Part shown: one piece after another, positions 1 to 9,559 of the stretch
How positions within the stretch are numbered: position 1 is the first letter of the stretch
How the letters are laid out: each line of letters begins with the position of its first letter
Origin: an uncultured delta proteobacterium
GTDB taxonomy: Bacteria; Desulfobacterota; BSN033; UBA1163
Reading direction: 5' to 3'
Assembly (NCBI GenBank): GCA_963827685.1
Contig: CAWHBU010000002.1
Coordinates: 960,001-1,024,000 of the forward strand
DNA: 64,000 nucleotides
Position numbers and translations under genes: made by a program
Notes under the pieces: generated by a model
What the model was told of the DNA's origin: nothing
The model's database searches: none
What the model saw: only the letters and a program-made list of their open reading frames with translations

Positions 1-195
1 CCCCTGAAGAAGCGGCAGCCATGCAAGACACCGTAAGAAGATTACGGCAAGAAAATTACAGCAACTATTAAACGAAACGAGAGAAAAAGGAATAGTTATA
101 CAAGAGGAAGTGAAGGAAATTTCTTAAAGATCTCTCGTAGATTTAAAAAATGGAATCACCTTTACGTCCTTTTGTTGACTACAAAAGGAGTCTTC

Positions 196-230
196 GAAGC
201 CCATTCTATTCAATGGGCTTCATCTTTTTT
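196..230 (+). terminator. Rho-independent terminator-like hairpin
   Basis: Perfect 10-bp stem GAAGCCCATT/AATGGGCTTC with a 6-nt loop, followed by ATCTTTTTT. Confidence 0.65.
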
Positions 231-292
231 ATGTTATCGAAGGCTACTGATCCCCTGAGGGTCAACGACTGATCTATATATCCTTTCCCTCT

Positions 293-724
293 TTACCGGC
301 TATGTATTTCACCCACCTCTTTCAGTAACTTGCTCAATTTCTGGACGTCTCCTTCCTGGAACGATTTAAATTCCAATCCATATCTATACTCTCCCCAAAT
401 TTCCTTAGGGGCTAAATCAGACCAAACTACTTTTGCACTCGCTCTGATCGCATTTAATTCCGATCCCTTCACAAAAAGAATCTCAATTGTCAATAAAGTC
501 CCTACCAAGATAGCTTCGGGTAGATAGACAAGGAGCCCTCCTTTGCTTGCATTGGCTGCAACGCCCCCATAGCGCTCCACACTCTCGATGGAATAATCCA
601 AAGGAAGCTCAAGACTAAATCTCGGGTGTTTTCTTCTCTCGACTATAAAAATGCCTTCTTTGGATTTTGATTTTCCCTTTCCTCTCCTCCTTTTCACTGT
701 TGTAAGATACTTCCGAGGACTCAT
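293..724 (-). CDS. PilZ domain protein (putative c-di-GMP receptor)
   Basis: ERRKHPRF (RxxxR) and NASKGG ([DN]xSxxG) motifs, AKVVW and YGLEF strands; AGGAGG upstream. Confidence 0.88.
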   Translation of the reverse strand: MSPRKYLTTVKRRRGKGKSKSKEGIFIVERRKHPRFSLELPLDYSIESVERYGGVAANASKGGLLVYLPEAILVGTLLTIEILFVKGSELNAIRASAKVVWSDLAPKEIWGEYRYGLEFKSFQEGDVQKLSKLLKEVGEIHSR

Positions 725-908
725 TGGAGCTTCCTCCTTAATGAAATGTATTAAACTTCCTACAAAGAAGTCAATGAGAATCTTCGTCCATTATTTTCAA
801 TAAATTCGCACAGGAGATACAATTTTGGGCAACCTAATAAATCTTCTGGTCAAGAGATTATTTTAAAAATGTCATATTTTTCAATGAGTTATTGATTTTT
901 TGACAGGC

Positions 909-924
909 TGGCATCATCTTTGTA
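909..924 (+). promoter_or_regulatory. Possible sigma54 (-24/-12) promoter for the second PilZ gene
   Basis: TGGCATCATCTTTGTA is GG-N10-GT, one mismatch at -12; IHF-like TTTCAATGAGTTA about 30 bp upstream. Confidence 0.35.
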
Positions 925-1008
925 TACCTGTATACAAGAAATAACAAGAAGCAGCTCCAAAAGAGTGGAAGAAAAGCTTACGGGTGGAATGAAAGGAGGG
1001 GTCTCACG

Positions 1009-1404
1009 ATGACCGTATCGACCAACCTACATCGGACGGAATTGACGCAGGAATCAGATTCAATAGGAGAAAAGAGAAGGCATCCACGGTTCTATTTGAA
1101 TTTGCCCATTGAATTTAGAGTGAAGGATGCTCCATCTGTCCATGGAGCAATGGTCGTCAATGCCAGTGAAACGGGCCTTCTTATGCAATCCTCTAACAAC
1201 ATGCCTGTCGGCACGAAATTAAATATTGCGGTTTTATTCTCTAAAGGATTTGAATTGGCAAACTTTGAGGTATTAGCCGAGGTGGTTTGGACAAAAATCC
1301 ATTCGGATGAAGGTCGGAAGGTGTACCAATCAGGGTTAAGATTCATCAAGGTATTGGCGGAGGACCATCAGAAACTGAAGCATCTTCTTGGTGAAGGGCA
1401 ATAA
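1009..1404 (+). CDS. PilZ domain protein, paralog of 293-724
   Basis: EKRRHPRF and NASETG motifs, AEVVW and SGLRF; RBS AGGAGG. Confidence 0.88.
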   Translation: MTVSTNLHRTELTQESDSIGEKRRHPRFYLNLPIEFRVKDAPSVHGAMVVNASETGLLMQSSNNMPVGTKLNIAVLFSKGFELANFEVLAEVVWTKIHSDEGRKVYQSGLRFIKVLAEDHQKLKHLLGEGQ

Positions 1405-1614
1405 GCGCTAAAGGGCCAATTCAAGGGTCTTTGAATAGGCATAGCATTTCCTTTTATTACCTCAGAACGCCGGTCACCTGCGCGTCAGCGACTCATCGAC
1501 AAAATTCACTTGAAGGCAAAATTCTGAATTTTTACTACTCAAATTGTCTTTATAACCAAGTTGTATTATAAACCACCTCAAGCATCACGTAGAGTTAATC
1601 GCTGTGGTGAAGGT

Positions 1615-3044
1615 TGTCAAGCCAAAATAGAAATGTCCTCTTCTTACCAAAATAGAAATGTCCTATTCTTCAGATTTGAGATTCTAAGAGTTTTTCTCTG
1701 TTATAGGGATGTTTCCTAATCTTGAACTTCCTCCAAGGATGATCAGCCGGAGGAATGTAAGTCTTCCTCCTTCTCACAATAGCCGGCTGTTTCTTCTCTC
1801 TTAGTGGTCTCTCAGTGATCTCTTTAAATCTCAAAGCTCGACCTTTATGGGTCATGACCATTGATCCGTCGATTCGATCCTGAACCATCACCTTGGAGGC
1901 CTTGATCGTATCCTCAACCTGATAGAGCTTCCTGTTATGAGCCACCGTAAAGTCATTTCTCAGTGCTCGCTCTGTCTTAATGCATAAGATCGCATCCAGA
2001 TCCACCCCCTTAGGTAAGGGCCTGTGGAAATCGTCTTTCTCCTGGGGCCAAACAGAGAACCTCTTGTTATAGAGAGGAAGATATTCCTCTAAGAACTGAT
2101 TGCCTTCCTCAATCGTCCTGATCCCTCTTAAACGCATCTCCTTGACCAGCCTGTCCTGAAGGGTCCGAAAGAGTCGTTCAATCCGCCCCTTGGCCTGCGG
2201 CGAATGGGCATGACTGACCTCTACCCCCAACTCTTTTAAGGCCCTCTCAAACTCACTTAACGGCCCCACGTCATTTAACTCGTCCTCGATCGTTGGCTTG
2301 GCCGTCGACTTATAGGTCGAATGCTTATCCAAATACACCTTCATCGGTAAACCGTTTTTCTTGATATAACGCTTGAAGCTATCCATCGCCGGGATCGTCC
2401 CCTCATACTCATAGAACCTCCCAAAGGCTTCCCCGGTAGCATCGTCAATATAGCTCATCAGAACACAGGGGCCACCTCTGTCCTCAAACCAAGCGTGATG
2501 GGACCCGTCCATCTGTACCATCTCGCCGTAATGATGCTTCCGCTCCCTCCACTGACGATGCCTCCCTCTCTTGCGGCTCTTCTTCCAATCCCCCGCCTCG
2601 ATGAGCCACCTCCGTAAGGTCTCATCACTGATCTCTATCCTACCCCTTTCCAGAAGCTTCTCCGAGGCCAGGGTCGGCCCAAAACCCTTGTACTGTGCCC
2701 GGTAAAGTCGGATCACCCTGTCCTTAATCTTATAGGGTATCCTCCGGTTTGATGGCCTCCCTCTCGATTTGTGTATGACTCCCCTGTTCCCTTCATTCCT
2801 GATCCGCTTCACGATCCTCCGAATTTGCCTACCACTCAAGGAAAGAATCTCTGCTGCCTCTACCCGCTTGATGACCCTCTCCAGGACCTTCTGGATGACA
2901 TGTAACCGCTTTAACTCTCCCTGACGTACCATGATCATGTCCTCTCCTGCCATCATGCCCTCCTCTGAAAAAGGGCATCTTAGCATGTCGAAAAGAGGAC
3001 ATTTCTAAATTGGTCAATTAGGACATTATCATTTTGGGATTACA
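1615..3044 (-). mobile_element. IS1202-family (ISNCY) insertion sequence, 1430 bp
   Basis: Ends TGT...ACA; repeated AAATGTCC-type boxes in both ends; exact 16-bp direct repeat TCGCTGTGGTGAAGGT at 1599-1614 and 3045-3060. Confidence 0.92.
1670..2956 (-). CDS. IS1202/ISNCY-family DDE transposase
   Basis: N-terminal HTH (EAAEILSLSGRQIRR...RGRPSNR), VQMDGSHH, YIDDATG, YLDKHS, SPQAKGRIERLFRTLQDRL; start placed after AGAGGAGG. Confidence 0.93.
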   Translation of the reverse strand: MMAGEDMIMVRQGELKRLHVIQKVLERVIKRVEAAEILSLSGRQIRRIVKRIRNEGNRGVIHKSRGRPSNRRIPYKIKDRVIRLYRAQYKGFGPTLASEKLLERGRIEISDETLRRWLIEAGDWKKSRKRGRHRQWRERKHHYGEMVQMDGSHHAWFEDRGGPCVLMSYIDDATGEAFGRFYEYEGTIPAMDSFKRYIKKNGLPMKVYLDKHSTYKSTAKPTIEDELNDVGPLSEFERALKELGVEVSHAHSPQAKGRIERLFRTLQDRLVKEMRLRGIRTIEEGNQFLEEYLPLYNKRFSVWPQEKDDFHRPLPKGVDLDAILCIKTERALRNDFTVAHNRKLYQVEDTIKASKVMVQDRIDGSMVMTHKGRALRFKEITERPLREKKQPAIVRRRKTYIPPADHPWRKFKIRKHPYNREKLLESQI

Positions 3045-3223
3045 TCGCTGTGGTGAAGGTTGAATATGAACTCCGCTCCCTTCAAATCTCCATTCTTCCA
3101 TAGACATGGCATTCAATTTTTCTTATTCATGGCTGCATGAAATGTAGCCCTTACCGAATAAATTCAAAAATGACGATCAGCAAGGAACCGTTTAATAAAG
3201 GAATATTCCTTTCCCTTGCGAAA

Positions 3224-3337
3224 TGTGAAGACGAATTTCTATCATAGGGCTTGATTTTTGATCAAAAGAGAGCCTAAATCTTGCTTGAGGGGATAGTCAA
3301 AGAGGGGAGAGAAAATTATGAGCGTGGTATCGCAGCC
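3224..3337 (+). repeat. Diverged copy of the AI-2E gene upstream region and first 7 codons (other copy 5168-5281)
   Basis: Both copies share TGTGAAG...TCTATCAT...TTGATTTTTG..CAAAAGAGAGC...GTCAAAGAGGGGAGAGAAAATTATGAGC(G/A)TGGTATCGCAGCC. Confidence 0.85.
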
Positions 3338-4722
3338 GCTTCCATGGCCCGCCGACGTTGGGCGTGCACCCTGTGGTTCTTCGCCACGGACCAGGCGAGG
3401 CTCGGAAGCTGCGGCAGTACTCGGGGAAGAAACCTGAGAACCCCATGCCGGATCCCTTTCCTTGCAATCCGGAACAGTTGGCCAAGCGTGTAGAACTCGC
3501 GGTAGATCCGATGGTGCAGATCCCTGAGCTGCCTGACGGAGCAGTGGTCCGAGTAGATCTTCCCGTTGTGGGCGATGTGGTAGCCAGGGCTCTCCGCCAC
3601 CAGCTCATCCAGTCCCGAGTACGGACTTGACCTCAGGATCGAGATAGCGATGGAGTCCAGGCCCAGTTCCCGCGAAAAAGGGCCAATCTGGAGCATCTCC
3701 TCTACGCTCTCGCCAATGTTCCCGAGGATGAAATACCCGTTGAGGATCATGCTCGAGTGGCCAAGCACCTTGAAGCACTCCCGGATCCGCGCGGTGTCGA
3801 AGCCCTTTCTCATGGAACGAAGCGTTTTGTCCTGGGTGGACTCGATCCCTAACATAAGCATGAGGAACCCGGCCTTCTCCATCTTGAGCAACACCTCCGG
3901 ACGCTGGGCGATTTCCAGCCTCGCGTTGATGATGTACTTCTTCCGGATGCCGCGGGCCAGAATCAGGTCGCAGATCCGCTCCACCCTGTCCATATCGAAG
4001 GTGAAGAGGTCGTCGGTGAAAGCAACGATGGGGGCCTTGATCCGGGCGAGCTCATCGACCACTGACTCCGGAGAGCGGGCCGACCACTGTCGCTTGTTGC
4101 CCCAGGGATTCCGGCTGAAGGAGCAGAAGCTACAGTTAAACGGGCAACCCCGCGAGGAAGACACCATGTCGACCGGGATGCTTGCCTCTACCCCCTCGAG
4201 GCCGAGCCGGTAGGGCTCTTTTCTCAAGTGGCGGGCGGGAAGGAGATCCTCTCGGAGGGGACCGGGGCTCCGGTTAGAATTGTGAAGGATCTGACCATTT
4301 CTCCGGAAGCTGAGGCCCGCGATTGCCTCGAGCGGTTCACCTTGGCACAGTTCCTCTACCGCCTCCTCGCCGTCGCCACGCACGATGGCATTCACGCTGG
4401 GGCAGGCGGCGAACCAGTCGTCTGGATTCTCCGTCACGTGCCGGCCGCCCAGGAGGATGAAGGCTCCCGGCGGCACGGATCGGATCTCCCCACGGATGAA
4501 TTCGACATCGCGTTTCCAGTTGACAGAGAAGCAGACTAGGTCGGTCTCGGGACGGCAGAAATCGATGGTGCGGCCGGGCCTCTTGCGGAGATCCACGATC
4601 TCCAGCGACCGGCAGCTCGGCTCCAGAACGGACGTGATCAGCTCAAGCCCTAAGGGCGGGAGGAACCCCGCGTGGAACCCATCACTGCGGTAAGGGTAGA
4701 CACAGAGAACATGGTTATACAT
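3316..4722 (-). CDS. B12-binding domain radical SAM protein
   Basis: PPLGL and LGGRHVT in the cobalamin-binding domain, SRGCPFNCSFC (CxxxCxxC), FTDDLF, LGIES; visibly GC-rich relative to flanks. Confidence 0.9.
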   Translation of the reverse strand: MYNHVLCVYPYRSDGFHAGFLPPLGLELITSVLEPSCRSLEIVDLRKRPGRTIDFCRPETDLVCFSVNWKRDVEFIRGEIRSVPPGAFILLGGRHVTENPDDWFAACPSVNAIVRGDGEEAVEELCQGEPLEAIAGLSFRRNGQILHNSNRSPGPLREDLLPARHLRKEPYRLGLEGVEASIPVDMVSSSRGCPFNCSFCSFSRNPWGNKRQWSARSPESVVDELARIKAPIVAFTDDLFTFDMDRVERICDLILARGIRKKYIINARLEIAQRPEVLLKMEKAGFLMLMLGIESTQDKTLRSMRKGFDTARIRECFKVLGHSSMILNGYFILGNIGESVEEMLQIGPFSRELGLDSIAISILRSSPYSGLDELVAESPGYHIAHNGKIYSDHCSVRQLRDLHHRIYREFYTLGQLFRIARKGIRHGVLRFLPRVLPQLPSLAWSVAKNHRVHAQRRRAMEAAAIPRS

Positions 4723-5261
4723 CGGTGAATCTCACCTCTTCAGTTGTTTTTTTAACTCGTTTGTTGCCCTGCCAATGTTCTAGGCTAACCACGGAAGTCT
4801 TCTGGGCCCAGAAACAATCAAGGCTACGGTTTTCGGATTTTATGCCGTGTCAGATAATAAATGCAACCACTTTCTTTACCTTCGTAAATCTGAAAGAAAC
4901 ATAACCAAACGAAGATTAAACGGCCATTAAATGTTGATGAAAATTTCTTAACCTTGAAAAATAGAATCTTAGGTTATTAAAAAGATCCATTACATGCGTA
5001 ATGTATAATTTTAACTTAACTTAACGCAAACCTCAATTCTTCCATACAAATGGGATTCAATACTCCTTATTGATTGGTGTTCAATATGTAGCACTCAGGA
5101 TAAGATTCATACCTCACAACTTCAGAAAGCGACAGTTAAAAAAGGATTATTTCATTCAACTCCGGAGTGTGAAGAGCATTTTCTATCATGGGGGTTGATT
5201 TTTGGTCAAAAGAGAGCTTTAATTTTGTTTGAAGGGGCAGTCAAAGAGGGGAGAGAAAATT

Positions 5262-6386
5262 ATGAGCATGGTATCGCAGCCAAAGGATATACAAAAGCGG
5301 GAAACGGACAAAACGAATGCCACAATGCCCCGTGAGATAGACAAAACCCACATAGAGTTTAAATCGGTCGCACTCAAAGGGCTTTTTATCATCGCTTTTT
5401 TCTACACCCTTTATTTCGCTCGCGCTTTGATCCTGCCATTCACTTTGGCCTTACTGCTTAATTTTCTGCTGAGGCCTGTGGTTCGTGCCCTAAAGAAGAT
5501 CAAAATACCGGAGTTAGCAGGAGCTGCTTTAGTGCTCATCGCGCTACTCGGAAGTGCAGGCTATGGGGTGATTCGGCTTTCCGGACCCGCCGCCGAATGG
5601 ATCAATAAGGCACCAGAGAGTTTGCACCAAATTGAGCTAAAGGTAGGCTTTTTCCGCAAACCCTTAGAAGGGGTAAATAATGCGGTTGAAGAGTTGAAAG
5701 GGATCGCGAGAATGGGTACGGAAAAGAAACCGGAAGTTGAGATAAAGCCCCCGGGCATCACCGATGCCGTTTTGACCGGCACAAGGGAAGTTATTGTGAA
5801 AAGTTCGGTGATGTTTATCCTTCTCTATTTCCTGCTTGCCTCGGGAGACTTATTTCTGCGCAAGCTTATTAAACTCTTCCCCAAGCTTCACAAGAAAAAG
5901 CAGATCGTGAAAATCACCCGAGAAGTCGAACATCTTACCTCTCGCTACCTTTATACCGTGACAGTGATTAATATCTTTATGGGGATTTCCATCGGCCTTG
6001 GCATGTACCTAATCGGTATGCCTAACCCTTTGCTCTGGGGGGTGATGGCTGGATTTCTTGTTTTCCTTCCTTATATCGGACCTCTGATTGGCATCTCTGT
6101 TGTCACTACTGTAGCTTTCTTAAGTTTTGACAGCATTGGCCAGATACTCCTGGCACCTGCAATCTATATCGCCTTGGAAACAATTCAGGGCCAAATTGTC
6201 ACTCCTGTGGTACTCGGCTTGCGTTTCACGCTTAATCCTGTCGTGATCTTCATTTGGCTGATTTTTTGGGGATGGATGTGGGGCATCGTGGGCGCCATGC
6301 TGGCATTTCCCATGTTAACTATTTTCAAGATACTTTGCGATCGTATCCAGCCCCTCGCACCTATTGGTGAGTTCCTCGGAAGGTAA
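5262..6386 (+). CDS. AI-2E family transporter
   Basis: Multi-TM protein with LYFARALILPFTLA, GMPNPLLWG, PYIGP, LNPVVIF and WGIVGAMLAFP motifs. Confidence 0.88.
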   Translation: MSMVSQPKDIQKRETDKTNATMPREIDKTHIEFKSVALKGLFIIAFFYTLYFARALILPFTLALLLNFLLRPVVRALKKIKIPELAGAALVLIALLGSAGYGVIRLSGPAAEWINKAPESLHQIELKVGFFRKPLEGVNNAVEELKGIARMGTEKKPEVEIKPPGITDAVLTGTREVIVKSSVMFILLYFLLASGDLFLRKLIKLFPKLHKKKQIVKITREVEHLTSRYLYTVTVINIFMGISIGLGMYLIGMPNPLLWGVMAGFLVFLPYIGPLIGISVVTTVAFLSFDSIGQILLAPAIYIALETIQGQIVTPVVLGLRFTLNPVVIFIWLIFWGWMWGIVGAMLAFPMLTIFKILCDRIQPLAPIGEFLGR

Positions 6387-8112
6387 CCCTGGTTGGGAGT
6401 CCCATCCGTCTACCCGCAGCTTCCGCTTCGCGGCCAGCAACTGCTGCGGAGACAAGTAAGAGGTATCTTTTCTCAAAGTCAAAGCTTGCTTCGATCTGGA
6501 GATCTCTTCCCGCAGAGTGTGCGGCCTTATCTAACTGGAACGGAAGTGCATCTCTGTCGATCCAGTAAAACAGTGCTACTGCCTCATTGTGATCCTCTGT
6601 AAGCCGGGCGACAAGCATGTCTGGTGATGTGATTTCCTGCGCTGTCCGGTTCCGATAGAAACCGGCCGCTCCACGGAGTCCATCCGTTGGGTTGTAAAGT
6701 ACGATGTCCCGGCTACCCGCACGGCTAAGAGCTTCCGCCATGGGTCGGTGCATGCTACGCCTTGCCACATCAGCTTCTGCCATTGGCCCGGTAAACCAGA
6801 GGCTCCATCCCAGGGCAAAGAGGACAGCAATGCAGGCAGTGGTCCAACGCAGGTTATTGCGCCGAATAGACAATAAGCATCCCGCAACGGCAAGCACAAA
6901 AACAGCACTTGCTGTTGCCACGGAGAGAGCTGATCCTCCCCGGATACCCGTCATCCCCAGCATGCTGCAGGCGACAACGATAGCCGCCGTTGCCGTTATC
7001 CACGTGAGAATCTTGACCCTGCGCCCCGACAACGTCCATCCTCTCACGATGCTCCAAGCTACAAGAATCGCCAGCCCTGGGTGACCCGGCAAAAAATAGA
7101 CAGAAGCTTTGGCTACGGAAGCCGAGAGAATTGCTAACGGACCAAGATACAGGGAGAGGAAGAAGATTCCGGCTCGATTCTCCCATTCTTTTCGAGTCTT
7201 CCAGGCCATCCAGATAGCCAAAGGGAGGAAGATCGACCCAGGTGCGAATTCCGGCCAGATGTTGAGGAGGTAGAAGTAGATAGGCCCGCCGTGACTATCG
7301 TATCCGTGCATGAAGCGGCCGAAATGGTTCATGATGAAGAATTCCCGGACAAGGTGCGACGGAGCACTTAAGAGGAATGGGACGATCCATGTCAGGATTG
7401 GAACCAGAAAAGCAATGACCGGAAACGGTCGGAGAATGTGCCGAAGCTCACCGAACCGCCTGCTCAGGATAAGATAGAGAAGGAATCCTGAACCGAAGAT
7501 GGCCGGGCCGACAAACCCCTTGAAAAGGAAGCTTACTCCGAGTGAGAAGCCCGCTGCCGCGTAAGTCAGATGTTTTTTACGTGGTGTGTCGGCTTGGAGA
7601 GCGATCCAGGTGAAGAGGACAGTAAAGGCAATCGCGGCGGTCAGGGCATTGTCAAGGAGGACATTGTGTGCCGTCCGGCAGAACCGCTGGGAGAACGCCA
7701 GGAGGGCCGCTGCGAGAGCGCCTCCTTCGATCCCCAAGACGCGCCATCCGAGAAGGAAAACGGCAGTAAGGGATGCGAGAGCGAAAGCCGCCGCTACAAT
7801 ACGTGCAGCCGCGGCACTTGGACCGCCAGCAATTCGGTATGCCAAGGCTACTGCGGCAGGGAAACCAGATGGCTTTTCAACAAACGGAAGCCCCGCGAGG
7901 CGCGGCACGATATAGTCTCCTTCCTTGTACATCTCACGTGCAACCTCCGCCTCCCGAAGGTCATCAGGGGGCACAAGTTCGCGCCCTATCTGTCCAATCA
8001 GGATAACGATCGCGCCCGCCAGAAGAAAGAAGGCTACACGAACCCGCATTCCAACCGCTGAAGCCGGCGTTTCAAGCTCCTTTTTCCTCGTTATCTCCAT
8101 TATAGACGCCAT
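6361..8112 (-). CDS. ArnT-like GT-C glycosyltransferase (family 39/83)
   Basis: PDDLREAEVAREM, VPRLAGLPFVEKP, FLFKGFVG, NHFGRF, YFYL; many TM helices; exact start uncertain (8100-8136). Confidence 0.85.
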   Translation of the reverse strand: MASIMEITRKKELETPASAVGMRVRVAFFLLAGAIVILIGQIGRELVPPDDLREAEVAREMYKEGDYIVPRLAGLPFVEKPSGFPAAVALAYRIAGGPSAAAARIVAAAFALASLTAVFLLGWRVLGIEGGALAAALLAFSQRFCRTAHNVLLDNALTAAIAFTVLFTWIALQADTPRKKHLTYAAAGFSLGVSFLFKGFVGPAIFGSGFLLYLILSRRFGELRHILRPFPVIAFLVPILTWIVPFLLSAPSHLVREFFIMNHFGRFMHGYDSHGGPIYFYLLNIWPEFAPGSIFLPLAIWMAWKTRKEWENRAGIFFLSLYLGPLAILSASVAKASVYFLPGHPGLAILVAWSIVRGWTLSGRRVKILTWITATAAIVVACSMLGMTGIRGGSALSVATASAVFVLAVAGCLLSIRRNNLRWTTACIAVLFALGWSLWFTGPMAEADVARRSMHRPMAEALSRAGSRDIVLYNPTDGLRGAAGFYRNRTAQEITSPDMLVARLTEDHNEAVALFYWIDRDALPFQLDKAAHSAGRDLQIEASFDFEKRYLLLVSAAVAGREAEAAGRRMGLPTRVTFRGTHQ

Positions 8113-8216
8113 CTTATTATCAAGAGTATTATGCAAAGATTAAAATTAAGTTAAGATTTCTTAATTCTCTGGATTGAATTATTACTCGATTAAGTTTATC
8201 AATTACCGGTAGGAGG

Positions 8217-8291
8217 AAGGAAGTGTTCTCTGACTTGACGGTGTCTGCAAGGTGAGATCCTGACCTCCACACAAATCGATAGACATACTAT
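8217..8291. repeat. 75-bp diverged direct repeat, copy 1 (copy 2 at 10182-10256)
   Basis: Ungapped manual alignment gives about 57/75 identities, with cores TCTGAC(T/C)TGACGGTGTCTG and ACACAAATC. Confidence 0.8.
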
Positions 8292-8306
8292 TTCCCCTGA
8301 TCTTTC

Positions 8307-8459
8307 TTAGGATGGAGATCCCATGCGTGTCAATGAATTGTCGACATATTTGATGAAGAGAGGGATAAAAAATCGATCACCCGTTTTAATCTCTGCCGCC
8401 ACGGCCATCGCGGGCGCGATGGGAGATTCCTTGTCTTTGTCACCAACGGTAAGACGTTT
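8307..8459 (-). pseudogene. C-terminal remnant of an HlyD-family type I secretion adaptor gene
   Basis: Translates KRLTVGDKDKESPIAPAMAVAAEIKTGDRFFIPLFIKYVDNSLTR, resembling the HlyD tail PGM.V.AEIKTG.R...P..KY...SL; no N-terminal part. Confidence 0.6.
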
Positions 8460-8642
8460 GGGCCTATGAATTAAGCATCCCACCTACAAAGCTCCAGTTT
8501 TGTCAAACCGAAGCAACTGAGGATTATTGGTTAAAAGTGAGTACAGGAACCGAATTCAGTGGCGTGCGTCAGAGAGTCCTTCGCCATGGCGCCAATTCGT
8601 ATTCCCTCCGTATTTTATGCGAGATCATCCAGATATTTTTTA

Positions 8643-9431
8643 TTAACGTACTATCGTCATCATAATAACCAGGGCACCCAATATAAACCGATACCAGGCG
8701 AATGGTAAGAAATTCTTAGTCTGAACATATCGAAGCAAAAAGCCAATACTGACTATACCAGTAACACAAGAGACCAGCATACCTATCGTAAAGCTTACAG
8801 TGATCATAGACGAATTCGATATGACGTGCGGCAGTTTAACCATCGCAGCGCCGAAGATGATCGGAGTTGACAATAAGAACGAAAACCTGGCTGCTCCTTC
8901 TCTGGTCACCCCCATCAACAATCCTGCAGTCATAGTAATACCCGAACGCGAAACTCCCGGAATAATCGCCAGTGCTTGGGATATCCCAATGAATATACTT
9001 GTTCCAAAAGTGATATTGTTTATCTCCGTATTCTTAGCACTTCTACGATCCGCCCAATACAGAAGAATGCCCATCAATATCAACATCACGGCGATTAGAA
9101 TAGGGGATCTGAATATGGTCTCGGCTTTTTTTTCTAAGAGGAATCCTCCAATTGCTCCCGGCACACTGGCCGCAACCAAATACCAAAACAATCGGCCTTT
9201 TACGCTTCGAACATCTGTAAAGCCCCCTATAATCATTTGCCACCAGTCTTTCCAGAAATAGATTACCACCGCGACAAGCGTACCGATATGTAGGGCAACA
9301 TCGAAAGTAAGTCCAGGATCTGTCCACCTGAAAAACCAGGGAACCAGAACTAAATGTGCTGAACTCGATATGGGCAAGAACTCTCCCAAACCTTGAGCTA
9401 ATCCGAGTATTACTGCCTGCAATAGAGTCAA
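8643..9431 (-). CDS. uppP: Undecaprenyl-diphosphatase (BacA/UppP)
   Basis: QGLGEFLPISSSAHL and PGVSRSGIT signature motifs; TTG start with GGAGG RBS. Confidence 0.95.
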   Translation of the reverse strand: MTLLQAVILGLAQGLGEFLPISSSAHLVLVPWFFRWTDPGLTFDVALHIGTLVAVVIYFWKDWWQMIIGGFTDVRSVKGRLFWYLVAASVPGAIGGFLLEKKAETIFRSPILIAVMLILMGILLYWADRRSAKNTEINNITFGTSIFIGISQALAIIPGVSRSGITMTAGLLMGVTREGAARFSFLLSTPIIFGAAMVKLPHVISNSSMITVSFTIGMLVSCVTGIVSIGFLLRYVQTKNFLPFAWYRFILGALVIMMTIVR

Positions 9432-9559
9432 ATTCTACCTCCCAATTTAGGATTATCCAAAGAAATCCACTGAAGCTTTGTGAAAGGTGAAATCTCCAAC
9501 CAGCGACCCGCCGGAAAACTACTACGGTCGAAAGTTCTCTGCAGCGGCCTATCCAACAT

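Noticed and set aside
3251-3265. FNR box TTGATTTTTGATCAA
   Set aside because: Spacer is 5 nt rather than 4, and the second copy near 5196 is not palindromic.
3281-4693. Multiple overlapping ORFs, mostly on the + strand, over the radical SAM gene (likewise over ArnT, the TPP enzyme and the transposases)
   Set aside because: Shadow ORFs of GC-rich genes with no motifs or RBSs.
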